A stretch of 64,000 nucleotides of DNA from the human T2T-CHM13v2.0 reference genome, Homo sapiens. A program made the position numbers and the translations under genes. The stretch lies in assembly GCF_009914755.1 (NCBI RefSeq), contig NC_060937.1, one strand, 5' to 3'. The notes below the pieces were generated by a model. It did no database searches and had not been told where the DNA came from. It was given only the letters and a program-made list of their open reading frames with translations. This document shows, in pieces, positions 29,692-50,527 of the stretch (the stretch's first letter is position 1; every line of letters begins with the position of its first letter).

Positions 29692-31764
29692 CTAAGACAA
29701 CCGTGGGAACCACTGTGACCGGAGAAACCGCTGGCGCCTCACGCATGCGCATTGGCTGAGCCGACTCACGCTCCACTCCTGACAGATAGGCTGCGTCCCC
29801 TTTAAATATCGCCACCGCCGCGCGGCGGCCGCGATGCTCCTGCTGCCGCCCCGACGTCGGCTGTGTCCTGGGTCCTGTTTGGGGCGGCATGGGAGAGGGG
29901 ACCGCGGGTGTCTCGTCCTGTCCCAGGCACAAACCCCCAGGGCTCCTGTCCTCAGGACCTGCTTGAGCCGACTTCCACCAAGGGAGGGGGAGCTTCAGGA
30001 CGCCTGCTGTGTTCTCTGGACTCCCTTTGAGATCCCGTTCTGGCCCCCTCCGCGTGACATAGGATGGGCTCACCACATGTGGTCAGGCCGGCAGGGCCTC
30101 GCTGCAGCACACAATGACCCCATAGGTCTCAAGGCCTAGTGTCAGAGCAAATTCACCGATCCATCAGCCCTCTGCCTCCCTCCTCCTTTGAAAGAGCAGT
30201 GGCCTGCCCGGCTTGTAAAAGCCCAGGGGTTCCGGAAAGCCGAACGCGCTTTACAGGACAACTGCAAAGAGGAACAGAGGCGAAACACAGGGGGAGACCA
30301 TGTGACCACGCGTGGCACTGGCCAATCCCACAGCAGTTGGTGTTAATGTGTGTCACCGGAGGCATACGGGGCGACGGCGAAACGAAGGGTGGGGTCCAGG
30401 CATATGCCGGTGGAAGGGGGAAACGGGTGACATTTCCGTCAACGCCAAGGAAAAACAAACAACACCTGGGAACCGTGGGGTAGGGGGGCCTCCTGTGCCT
30501 GACCCAAGCCACGTTTTCAAATGCCTACCAGAGGAGCAAAGAGGTTTCTGCCAATTTCGCAACACCCCCAATCCTCCACCGACCTGGTAGCCCTGAAGCA
30601 ACTTCGGCTGGTACAAACCCACAGAGAGTGGGAAAGAAACACACAGAGAGTGAGAGACAGAGAGAGAAGAGAGAATGGGAGACACACACACAGACACACA
30701 CGCACACACACGCAGAGTCATACAGCATAGGCATTGAAACACACACTGCCAGGCAACCCCTGAGGATCCGGGGTTCTGCTATGGAGGAGAACGACCCTCG
30801 GGTGAGAGAGCAGCCCAGGAGCACGCAGGCCGACCCGTCCTCGAGATCACTGACCGCGGCGCGACTTTTGGCGAGACTCACCCCAACCAACACCGTCCGT
30901 GCAGGCCTGAGGCTGGGATCCCGTGCTGCTTCCCCCGTCTCCGCCTGGGGTTTCATCTTCATAGTCGGCCCTTTGCGACTGCTGGCATCAAGAGAGTTTC
31001 CCTTCGAGCCCGTGGAGAGGTGAGACCGGAGCCTCAGAGCCTCGATACCCAAGCACTGCCACGGAGGGCTCCTGCTCTGCAAAGCCTCGGGGACTGGTTT
31101 CTAAGACAACCGTGGGAACCACTGTGACCGGAGAAACCGCTGGGGCCTCGCGCATGCGCATTGGTTGAGCCGACTCACGCTCCACTCCTGACAGATAGGC
31201 TGCGTCACCTTTAAATATCGCCATCGCCGCGCGGCGGCCGCGATGCTCCTGCTGCCGCCGCGGCGGCGGCTGTGTCCTGGGTCCTGTTTGGGGCGGCATG
31301 GGAGAGGGGACCGCGGGTGTCTCGTCCTGTCCCAGGCACAAACCCCCAGGGCTCCTGTCCTCAGGACCTGCTTGAGCCGACTTCCACCAAGGGAGGGGGA
31401 GCTTCAGGACGCCTGCTGTGTTCTCTGGACTCCCGTTGAGATCCCATTCTGGCCCCCTCCGAGTGACATAGGATGGGCTCACCACATGTGGTCAGGCCGG
31501 CAGGGCCTCGCTGCAGCACACAATGACCCCATAGGTCTCAAGTCCTAGTGTCAGAGCAAACTCACTCATCCATCAGCCCTCTGCCTCCCTCCTCCTTTGA
31601 AAGTGGATTGGCCTGCCCGGCTTGTAAAAGCCCAGGGGTTCCGGAAAGCCGAACGCGCTTTACAGGACAACTGCAAAGAGGAACAGAGGCGAAACACAGG
31701 GGGAGACCATGTGACCACGCGTGGCACTGGCCAATCCCACAGCAGTTGGTGTTAATGTGTGTCA

Positions 31765-32511
<747 letters not shown>

Positions 32512-33615
32512 CTAAGACAACCGTGGGAACCACTGTGACCGGAGAAACCGCTGGGGCCTCGCGCATGCGCATTGGCTGAGCTGACTCACGCTCCACTCCT
32601 GACAGATAGGCTGCGTCCCCTTTAAATATTGCCACCGCCGCGCGGCGGCCGCGATGCTCCTGCTGCCACCGTGGCGGCGGCTGTGTCCTGGGTCCTGTTT
32701 GGGGTGGCATGGGAGAGGGGACCGCGGGTGTCTCGTCCTGTCCCAGGCCCAAACCCCAAGGGCTCCTGTCCTCAGGACCTGCTTGAGCCGACTTCCACCA
32801 AGGGAGGGGGAGCGTCAGGACGCCTGCTGTGTTCTCTGGACTCCCGTTGAGATCCCATTCTGGCCCCCTCCGCGTGACATAGGATGGGCTCACCACAAGT
32901 GGTCAGGCCGGCAGGGCCTCGCTGCAGCACACAATGACCCCATAGGTCTCAAGGCCTAGTGTCAGAGCAAACTCACTCATCCATCAGCCCCCTGCCTCCC
33001 TCCTCCTTTGAAAGTGCAGTGGCCTGCTCCGCTTGTAAAAGCCCAGGGGTTCCGGAAAGCCGAACGCGCTTTGCAGGACAACTGCAAAGAGGAACAGAGG
33101 CGAAACCCAGGGGGAGACCATGTGACCACGCGTGGCACTGGCCAATCCCACAGCAGTTGGTGTTAACGTGTGTCACCGGAGGCATACGGGGCGACGGCGA
33201 AACGAAGGGTGGGGTCCAGGCATATGCCGGTGGAAGGGGGAAACGGTTGATATTTCCGTCAACGCCAAGGAAAAACAAACAACACCTGGGAACCGTGGGG
33301 TAGGGGGTCCTCCTGTGCCTGACCCAAGCCACGTTTTCAAATGCCTACCAGAGGAGCAAAGAGGTTTCTGCCAATTTCGCAACACCCCCAATCCTCCACC
33401 GACCTGGTAGCCCTGACGCAACTTCGGCTGGTACAAACCCACAGAGAGTGGGAAAGAAACACACAGAGACTGAGAGACAGAGAGAGAAGAGAGAATGGGA
33501 GACACACACACACACACACACACACACGCAGAGTCATACAGCAGAGGCATTGAAACACACACCCCAGGCAGCCCCTGAGGCTCCGGGGTTCTTCTCTGGA
33601 GGAGAACGACCCTCA

Positions 33616-33915
<300 letters not shown>

Positions 33916-34751
33916 CTAAGACAACCGTGGGAACCACTGTGACCGGAGAAACCGCTGGCGCCTCACGCATGCGCATTGGCTGAGCCGACTCACGCTCCAC
34001 TCCTGACAGATAGGCTGCGTCCCCTTTAAATATCGCCACCGCCGCGCGGCGGCCGCGATGCTCCTGCTGCCGCCCCGACGTCGGCTGTGTCCTGGGTCCT
34101 GTTTGGGGCGGCATGGGAGAGGGGACCGCGGGTGTCTCGTCCTGTCCCAGGCACAAACCCCCAGGGCTCCTGTCCTCAGGACCTGCTTGAGCCGACTTCC
34201 ACCAAGGGAGGGGGAGCTTCAGGACGCCTGCTGTGTTCTCTGGACTCCCTTTGAGATCCCGTTCTGGCCCCCTCCGCGTGACATAGGATGGGCTCACCAC
34301 ATGTGGTCAGGCCGGCAGGGCCTCGCTGCAGCACACAATGACCCCATAGGTCTCAAGGCCTAGTGTCAGAGCAAATTCACCGATCCATCAGCCCTCTGCC
34401 TCCCTCCTCCTTTGAAAGAGCAGTGGCCTGCCCGGCTTGTAAAAGCCCAGGGGTTCCGGAAAGCCGAACGCGCTTTACAGGACAACTGCAAAGAGGAACA
34501 GAGGCGAAACACAGGGGGAGACCATGTGACCACGCGTGGCACTGGCCAATCCCACAGCAGTTGGTGTTAATGTGTGTCACCGGAGGCATACGGGGCGACG
34601 GCGAAACGAAGGGTGGGGTCCAGGCATATGCCGGTGGAAGGGGGAAACGGGTGACATTTCCGTCAACGCCAAGGAAAAACAAACAACACCTGGGAACCGT
34701 GGGGTAGGGGGGCCTCCTGTGCCTGACCCAAGCCACGTTTTCAAATGCCTA

Positions 34752-40017
<5,266 letters not shown>

Positions 40018-40019
40018 CT

Positions 40020-41580
40020 TGTACTGTTGTACATAATGTATATAATTGACTTTTATTCACTCGACAAAATTTCCTAAAAATACATCCAAATGATTGCGTT
40101 AATTAATATTTTGTTCCTTTGATGACTGAATAGTATTTCATGGTTTCTTGTATAAATTCACCACAAATTAAACATTCACCTGAGCTTATTGACCTTTTCA
40201 ACTGTAACAAATTAAGCTGTTGTAGACATTCATGAACAAGTTTTTGTGGGAACACAAGTTTCATTACTCCAAATTAAACACCCACAACTGCAATTGCTGG
40301 GATCTATGGTCTATGCACATCTGGTTTTTATTTTACTTTGAAAAATTTTTAATTATTTTCTTAAAATTTTGTGGGTACATTGAGTGCCCACAGAAGCTAG
40401 TAAGGATACTGGGGCATTGGAGAGGAGGTAGAGAAGGTTAATCAGCAGAAAAAAAATGTGGAAAGAATGAATAACATGTCTGTATTTTTAAAAAACTGTC
40501 AACTATTTTTCAGAGTGACTCTATTATTTTACTTTTCCACTAGCAACGTATGAGTGATCCTATTTTTTACATCCTGAATAGCTTTTGCTATTGTCACAAT
40601 TTTTAAAAGACATTTTGATAGGTGTGTAGAAATATCTCACTATGGTTTTATTTGACATGTCCATGATGATTAATAATATTGAACATGTTTCATGGATTAT
40701 TTGACATCTGAATATTTTTCTTGTTAAAACGTCCATTGATGTCTTTTGTCCATTACCTAATTGGATCATTTGCATTTTTTTAAAAAAGTTGCTGTTGAGT
40801 TTTGTGTCATCTCTATTTATTTTTGTCGGTTTTGATAGATGTTTATCAATTGATTGATTTTTTCAATAAACCAGCTTTTTGTTTCACATTTTTTCTGTTT
40901 TCAATTTCATGAATTTTTGTTATTGTCATGATTATTTTTCTTCTTCTGCCTGCTTTCAGTTTACTCTGTTCTTTTTCTAGTTTTTTGAGATACAAGTGTA
41001 TGTTATTGATTTGAGATCTTTTCTCATTTTTAATGAAGCATTTAGTACTATAAATTTCTTTCCCACCACAGCCTTAGCTGTATTTCCTATATTTTGATAT
41101 GTTGTATTTTTCTTTCATTTGTTTAAATATATTTTTGGATTTTAATTTAAGACTTTATATTGTATCCATAGATCATTTGGAACTGTGTTGTATAGTTGAA
41201 ATGCATTTCTATTAATATATTAATTATATTAATATATCTTCCTTCTTTCTTGATGTTCAAAATTCCTTTTTTTTCTTTATTTTGTTTGAATAACAGTTTT
41301 AGTAAACATTTAATGGTAAGCTTGCTAACAACAAATTTTTAAACAATTCAAAAAATATAATTTTCCTTTACTCCAGAAGCATAGTTACAACATCTGTAGC
41401 ATTCAGAGTTGGCAGCTCTTTTCTTTCACTACCTGAAAAATATTATGTAACTTGTTTCTGACCTCCATTGTTTCAGATGAAAAAACGTATTTTCATTTAC
41501 ATTGGTTTTCCTCTATAGGTGATGTTTCACCTATAGGTGACTGTTTCTATCTGGCTGCTTTTAACACTTTGTCTTTAGTT
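40020..41580 (-). mobile_element. Ancient L1M-type fragments (ORF2 3' end/3'UTR and internal ORF2 pieces)
   Basis: ORF 40560-40775(-) 'TCSILLIIMDMSNKTIVRYFYTPIKM' resembles the L1 ORF2 C-terminus ([26 protein letters not shown]). The surrounding T-rich sequence looks like antisense L1. Boundaries are approximate. Confidence 0.65.
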
Positions 41581-41589
41581 TTGTCAACG

Positions 41590-42545
41590 ACCTACACTGG
41601 GGAAAGGACACAATCTCCAATACATGCTTCTTGAAAAATTGGATATCCATATGCAGAAGAATGAAACTAAACTCCTATCATTCACCTTATACAAAAATAG
41701 ACTCAAAATGGATTAAAAATTTAAGTGTAAGACATGAAAAATTAGACTACCATACACTGTTGGTGGTAAGTTAAATTATTTCACTTATTATGAAAAACTG
41801 TATGGTGGTTCCTCAAAACAAAAATAGAGACACCATATGATCTAGTGATCCCACTACTAGGTGTTTATCCAAAGGAAAGTAAATCATTACACTTAAGAGG
41901 CATCTGCACCTCCATATTTATTGCAGCTGTCTTCACAATAACCAAGATATGGAATTAAGCTAAATATCCATCAATGGATGGATAGATAAAACATGTGGTA
42001 TATACACATACCAAATTTGTATATACATTCATATATATATATTATATATATGAATACTATTCTGCCATAAAAAGAATGAAATTCTGTCATTTGCAGAATC
42101 ATGGATAAGACTAGTGAACATTACGTTAAGTGGAATAAGTCAGACACAGAAAAATTAATACTGTCTGTCCTTACCCATATGCAGGAGCTAAACAAATTTG
42201 AGCTCATTAAAGTAAATGGTAGAATTGTGGTTATTAGATGTTGGGAAGGATGTGGGAGGGGAGGTTGGTTAATGGACACAAAATTATAGCTATATGGGAG
42301 GAATAAGTTCTGTTGTAGTGCTCTATAGCTGGTCGCATGGAAATAACTATAATTTATGGTATATTTTCAAAAAGCTAGAAGAGAGGATTTTGAATGTTGT
42401 CAACACAAAAGTATGATAAATGTTTGAGGTGTTTGAAATGCTAATTACCCTGATTTGATCATTATGCATTGTACACCTGTATCAAAATATCACTCTGTTT
42501 CCATAAATATGTACAATTATTGCATGCCAACTAACAATAAAAGGA
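41590..42545 (+). mobile_element. L1MA-type 3' fragment
   Basis: Contains GGATATCCATATGCAGAAGAATGAAACTA...TATACAAAAAT (ORF2) and the L1MA 3'UTR motif CTAGAAGAGAGGATTTTGAATG...GCTAATTACCCTGATTTGATCATT...AATAAAA. Confidence 0.75.
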
Positions 42546-43047
42546 CAAGATAAAGATTCAAAAAATAGGAAGAAATATCATTTTTCTGATACAATTTCTT
42601 CTCGGTGTGCCCATGTTGTTTCATGATTGCAAAGCGTTCTTTTAAGTGCTTGTAAAGTATTGTTTTCATGCTTCTTAAAATTGCTTCCAGAAGTAATGTC
42701 AAACTCATTCACCTATAGTTTATGAGCTCTATCTTCCTTTAAAAAACTAGTACACTGCCCATTTCTTGTCTTCTAAAACTTTTACTATTCTCCATAATCC
42801 TCAAAGATATATAGAGAAACTTAAAAATCTCTTTCCTAAACTTTCTTATTGTTTTGGAGTGAGTTCTACTCCAATACTAGGGCCCAGAGCTCATAGTGCC
42901 TCTTCGTTCATCTTGAGATTTAATTAAAAGCAATGTTGAGTCTTCTCTTTTGGATCTAAAGATCTATTTGATGAGAAAGACTGAAGAAAAATAAGGATAA
43001 GGGTATTTCCTCCATGTTTTCATGGCACAAAATCTTTGTTTGCTAAC

Positions 43048-43545
43048 TGTGATAAGCAGAATAATGCCCCCCCACCCCCCACAAGACTGTCCCTATCCTA
43101 TTCTCCATGTCAGGAAGGATATGCTATGTTATATAAGAATATATGATGTTACAATGCAAGAAAGTATTAAGGTTGCACATGACATTAAGCTTACTAAACA
43201 GCAGAACTTAAAATAAGAGATCATACTTGATTATCTAGGGGGGGCCAATTTAATCACAAGGATCCTTTAAATGTGGAAGAGTGTGGTAGAAAATATTTAA
43301 AGATACTACATTGTTAATTGTACTGGAGGAAAGAACCAAGAGACAAGGAATGGGGAAAGCAGACAAGAGACAAGAAATGAAGACAGCCCCTAGAAGCTGG
43401 AAAAGGCAAGAACATGTATTCTCCTTTAGAGTCCCCAGAAGGAAAGCAGCGCTGCTGACACCTTGATTTTAGCCTAATGAAAACCGTTTAAGACTTCTGA
43501 CCTTTATAATTTTAAAATGATAGATTTATGTTTCTAAACTACCAA
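43048..43545 (+). mobile_element. MLT1-family MaLR solo LTR (MLT1D-like)
   Basis: Contains GCAGAATAATGCCCCCC, TAATCACAAGGATCCTTTAAATGTGGAAGAG, CTAGAAGCTGGAAAAGGCAAG and GCTGACACCTTGATTTTAGCC, which are typical of MLT1. Confidence 0.75.
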
Positions 43546-43559
43546 ATAAAAATATTTTG

Positions 43560-44292
43560 TCTTTAGTTTTTAAAAGTTTAATCAAAATGTTTCTTGAAAT
43601 GTGTTTATTCCGTGTAGGGTATCTTAGGCTTCTTGAATCTATACATTTGTGTCTTCTGCAAATTTGAGGTTTTTTTGAAGCACTATTTCTTCAAGTATTC
43701 TTTCAGCCTCATTTTACTTCTTTTCTGGTACACGTAGTAAAAATGTTGGATCTTTGTTGTTGCCTCACACATACCTACATCTGTGTTCATTTTATGTATC
43801 AGTCTATTTTATTTATGTTGTTCAAATTGGTTAAATTCTACTATTCTGCCCTCACATTCACTGATTTTACCTTCTCGCATCTCAATGGCGCTATTGACTC
43901 CATCCAACACATTTTTCATTTCTGTTACCGTGTTTGTTTGCTTTTATAATTTACATTTAGTTCTTTTTGTTGATGTTTTTTTACAACTCAAGTTTGGTTA
44001 ATATTTTGTGATTTTGTTATATATTTTAAGATAATTTCTATTTGATGTTGAAACATTTTTGCTAGATATTTTAAAATCATATTCAGATGATTCCAACATT
44101 TGATGCGTTTTGGTGTTGGTGTCAGTTAACTGTCTTTTTTCACTCAAATTGTTATTTTCTTGGTTCTTTGTATGATCGGTGATTTGTAATTATATTCTGG
44201 ACATTTTGTCTATCATGGCAGACAATTGTGAGCTCTATTTAAACTGTTCCTTTTGGCAGGCAGTCACACTGTTTAGCTTTAGCATGTACATC
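43560..44292 (-). mobile_element. Ancient L1M fragment, interrupted by the ERV at 44298 and resuming at ~52412-53150
   Basis: T-rich antisense-L1-like sequence on both sides of the provirus. Subfamily not resolved. Confidence 0.5.
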
Positions 44293-44899
44293 CTGGGTGT
44301 GGGGCAGGTACACTGTGTACTATTTACTAGCTTGTCTGAGTTCAGTTAAACAGAACACACTCATATGCAACAAATTACATAAGGCAGATGTATCATTTAC
44401 AGACAAACAGCAAGAGACAACAGGTACCTATGTGAGCCAGTCCATTATGAGCCAGTAGCCCAAGGCTCAACAAAGTTGCCTGAAGTGGATGGAGTGCATG
44501 TGAAGTGCCTGAGGTGGATGCAGTGATTGTGCATGCCCCACTTGTACCACAGTTGAGGGACCCCACAAGACAGCTTGCCCTAGGTTACACACCTCAGGAC
44601 CAATGGGAAACTATGGCCTAAAGTTTTGAAGAACATTCTCTGTCAAGGGAGAGAGTAACAAGGCCTAGGCTGTTTCAGGCAGTTCTTCCCTGTCTCAGGA
44701 TATTGCATTCTCAGCATATACTACAGTTGCTCTTGACAACTGCAAGCAAGAAAGAGGGGATAATTGGGTCAGTCCAAGGACACCTGGAAAGTTGGCCTGC
44801 AGTCTCCTGCTCCAACCAAGATATTTCCCTTAGAAAAGGTGGTGTATTTCATATGCCTATTGACCTCTCCAGATCTGGAGGTGGAGGTTTGTCTTGTCA

Positions 44900-46100
<1,201 letters not shown>

Positions 46101-47680
46101 TCTTCATCATCATGAACACACATCTTTGTAATTAAAGGAGCCTGGTGCATCAAAGCACCTGCCCACCAAAGATTCGTTAGTTGTGGTCATGACATTTTTC
46201 CACAAAGTTATTTAAGTTAAAAGATAGCACCTTTGAATTCTTCCTATGTGGCATGTGCTAGGTCCTCACTCAGTAAGCTAGGACTTAAGGTCCATTACTG
46301 TACTCTGTGGCATTAGGAGTGCTAGAGTAGTTAACCACTGGCAAGATGAAAGGATCATTCTAGTCAATGAGAGAACAAGGTCGTGGATGGAGCATCCAGC
46401 ACTTTGTCAGGTTACCCATGGTGTAACCATGGCACTTTGGAAGAGGCCACTAAGGCATTATGCTCACAGGCCTATAATGCCCCATCCTTGTGGAAAAGCA
46501 GACTGACAGTTTAATGCCCACCTCTCACCCTTTCCAGGGTCTCAGATGTTCTCTACCTATTGGATAAGAATTAGGCTGAGTTGGTATAGCAACCCGGTCT
46601 CTCTGTTTTAGTCCCAAGCTACTTCTGCAGACACCCATTGCCCTTGTTGCTTGACTCAAACCTTTCTGCCTCAATCATCCACTCCAGTACAAAGTTGGCA
46701 TATCTCATAACATCATCCACCCAAATGGAAGGATCAGAGGTATCCAGCATCATTAGAGGGATTCTAGCAGTCTGTCATTCCTTAGTCCTGTCCTCCACCC
46801 CTGTGGAATCCCCTTATAGGGGAGGTACCCAAGGGAAGTATAAACTCCAGATTAGAGACAGGGTGGCCTCTCTGGAGTACTATGGCACCCTGAACTGCAA
46901 TTCATCCCCAGGACATGTACTCTATAGGGGAAAAGGAAAAAGAATGGTTGAGAAAGACTGAGACTTTACAGGCACAGACAGCCTAGTCAGGTGGGTTTCT
47001 CATCCACCTCCACCCCAACCAAGCTCAGTGTCCCTCAATATGCACTGCAGTGCTGTTTCCTTTGCATTGGTGCATAGTGTTTAGTGTTCCTATTGCCCTA
47101 GTCAGATGGGCTACCCCCTCACTAGCAGGACATCTTGATGTTCTTTCTTCAGTTGTTTTGTGAGTTCCATTATTCAATAACTCTATTAGCCTGAGGATGA
47201 CAATGTATTTAAAAAGCCCATCTTTTTTCACTAATGTGTACCCATTATCTAGTTGCTTGAATAGCAAAAAATATTCCTTGGTCCAAGTAAAATCCCATGG
47301 GCTATGTAAAAGGATGGCAGAAATTCCTCTCAAGTGTGGCTATAGTTACCTCAGCACCCATATGATTGACATATATTTGTCTTTTTCAGACAACAAGCTG
47401 TTTTTCTTAGTCCTTGCCCTCACATGGATATCCTCTAACAGTCCAATCCTTCCATTGTCATTGTCCTGATCAGATGGCTAGGCTTTTGGCAATGGCCCAT
47501 AAGTCACTGAAAATATAGCAAGATATGCGACAGAGGTAGCCTGCATGGCCATCACCACTGCATTTAGTTTGGCCCATTGGGTAGAATGCCCATGTCCAGT
47601 CTCAGTCAAAAGATAGCCATCCAGTGGCTGAATGGTGGTCCAGTGCATGTTGTCTGGCAGAGCTATCAGTAAACCATGCC

Positions 47681-50527
47681 TGTCAGGCTTCTGAGCCCAA
47701 GCTAAACCATCATATCCCCTGTGACCTGCACGTATACATCCAGGTGGCCTGAAGCAAGTGAAGAATCACAAAAGAAGTGAAAATGGCTGGCTCCTGCCTT
47801 AACTAATGACATTACTTTGTGAAATTCCTTCTCCTGGCTCAGAAGCTCCCCCACTGAGCACCTTGTGACCCCCGCCCCTGCCCGCCGGAGAACAATCCTC
47901 TTTGACTATAATTTTCCACTACCTACCCAAATCCTATAAAACGGCCCTACCCCATCTCCCTTCACTGACTCTCTTTTCAGACTCAGCCCGCCTGCACCCA
48001 GGTGAAATAAACAGCCTTATTGCTCATGCAGTGTCTGTTTGGTGGTCTCTTCACATGGACGTGTGTGACATTTGGTGCCTGTTATCACCCCCTGCTACCG
48101 CATGGGCTTGTAAAACCTATAAACTCTCCTTACAATTCTCCCATTTTACCTATTCAAACACCAGACAAGTCTTACAGGTTAGTTCAGGATCTGCTCTGGC
48201 CATCATGTCTCCGTGCAGCAGTTGCCATCACCCTAATGCTTTTAGAGGCCCTAAAAATCACAAACTGTGCTCAACTCACTCTCTACAGTTCTCATAACTT
48301 CCAAAATCTATTTTCTTCCTCACACCTGATGCATATACTTTCTGCTCCCCGGCTCCTTCAATTGTACTCACTCTTTGTTGAGTCTCCCACAATTACCGTT
48401 GTTCCTGGCCCGGACTTCAATCTGGCCTCCCACATTATTCCGGATATCACACCTGACCCCCATGGCTGTATCTCTCTGATCCACCTGACATTCACTCCGT
48501 TTCCCCATATTTCATTCTTTCCTGTTCCTCACCCTGATCACACTTGGTTTATCAATGACAGTTCCACCAGGCCTAATTGCCACTCACCAGCAAAGGCAGG
48601 CTATGCTATAGTATCTTCCACATCTATCATTGAGGCTACCACTCTGCCCCACTCCCCTACATCTCAGCAAGCCAAATTCATTGCCTTAAGTCGAGCGTCA
48701 CTCTTGCAAAGGGACTACACATCAATATTTAAACTGACTCTAAATATGCCTTCCATATCCTATGCCACCATACCATTATATGGGCAGAAAGAGGTTTCCT
48801 CACTGCGCAAGGGTCCTCCATCATTAATGCCTCTTTAATAAAAGCTCTTCTCAAGGCCACTTTACTTCCAAAGGAAGCTGGAGTCATTCACTGCAAAGGC
48901 CATCAAAAGGCATCAGATCCCATTGCTCAGGGCAATGCTTATGCTGATAAAATAGCTAAAAAAGCAGCTAGCATTCCAACTTCTGTCCCTCACGGCCAGT
49001 TTTTCTCCTTCTAATTGGTCACTCCCACCTACTCACCGACTGAAACTTCCACCTATCAATCTCTTCCCACACAAGGCAAATGGTTCTTTGACCAAGGAAA
49101 ATATCTCCTTCCAGCCTCACAGGCCCATTCTATTCTGTCGTCATTGCATAACATCTTCCATGTAGGTTACAAGCTGCTAGCCCACCTCTTAGAACCTCTC
49201 ATTTCCTTTCCATTGTGGAAATCTATCCTCAAAAAATCACTTCTCAGTGTTCCATCTGCTATTCTACTACTCCTCAGGGATTATTCAGGCCCCCTCCCTT
49301 CCCTACACATCAAGCTCAGGGATTTGCCCCCACCCAGGACTGGCAAATTGACTTTACTCACATGCTCTGAGTCAGGAAACTGAAATATTTCTTGGTCTGG
49401 GTAGACACTTTCACTGGATGGGTAGAGGCCTTTCCCGCAGGGTCTGAGAAGGCCACCACGATGATTTCTTCCCTTCTGTCAGACACAATTCTTTGGTTTG
49501 GACTTCCCTCCTCTATACAGTCTGATAACGGACCAGCCTTTATTAGTCAAATCACCCAAGCAGTTTCTTAGGCTCTTGGTATTCAGTAAAACCTTTATAG
49601 CCCTTACCATCCTGAATCTTCAGGAATGGTAGAACGGACTAATTGTCTTTTAAAAATACACCTCACCAAGCTCAGCCTCCAACTTAAAACAAAAAAGAGG
49701 ACTCTGTCAAGGATAGAGCCCCAAAACTCACCAACCAAACAAGTAATTATGCTGAACCCCCTTGAGCACTCTCTAATTGGATGTCCTGGGTCCTCCCAAT
49801 TCTTAGTCATTTAATACCTGTTTTTCTCCTTCACTTATTCACACCTTGTGTCTTCCGTTTAGTTTCTCAATTCATACAAAACCGCATCCAGGCCATTACC
49901 AATCATTCCATATGACAAATGCTCCTCTTAACAACCCCACAATTCTTACCACAAAATCTTCCTTCAGCTTAATCTCTCCCACTCTAGGTTCCCATGCCTC
50001 CCCTAATCCCACTCGAAGCAGCCCTGAGAAACATCACCCATTATCTCTCCATAGCACCCCCCAAAATTTTCACCACCCCAACACTTCAACACTATTTTGT
50101 TTTATTTTTCTTATTAATATAAGAAGACAGGAATGTCAGGCCTCTGAGCCCAAGCTAAGCCATCGTATCTCCTGTGACCTGCACGTATACATCCAGATGG
50201 CCTGAAACAAGTGAAGAATCAAAAGAAGTGAAAATGGCTGGCTCCTGCCTTAACTGATGACATTACTTTGTGAAATTCCTTCTCCTGGCTCAGAAGCTCC
50301 CCCACTGAGCACCTTGTGACCCCCACCCCTGCCTGCCAGAGAATAACCCCCTTTGACTGTAATTTTCCACTACCTACCCAAATCCTATAAAACGGCCCCA
50401 CCCCATCTTCCTTCACTGACTCTCTTTTTGGATTCAGCCTGCCTGCACCCAGGTGAAATAAACAGTCTTGTTGCTCACAAAAAGCCTGTTTGGTGGTCTC
50501 TTCACACTGATGCACTGATGCATGACA
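47681..50527 (+). mobile_element. Internally deleted HERV-H provirus (LTR7-family LTRs), nested in the class III ERV pol
   Basis: LTRs at 47681-48070 and 50134-50527 (TGTCAGGC.TCTGAGCCCAAGCTAA...TGACA). Perfect TSD ATGCC at 47676-47680 and 50528-50532. PBS stub TGGTGCC at 48073-48079; PPT AAGAAGACAGGAA at 50121-50133. pol remnants include KPINSPYNSPILPIQTPDKSYRLVQDL and HTWFINDSS...KAGYAIVS, followed by integrase-region sequence. Confidence 0.93.

Noticed and set aside
41511-41540. 14-bp palindrome TCACCTATAGGTGA with a short CTATAGGTGA duplication
   Set aside because: An isolated micro-duplication in decayed L1 sequence with no supporting context.
48020-48838. 272-aa ORF
   Set aside because: A chimeric read-through of LTR sequence into deleted HERV-H pol fragments with a non-ATG start and degenerate catalytic motifs; not a functional gene.
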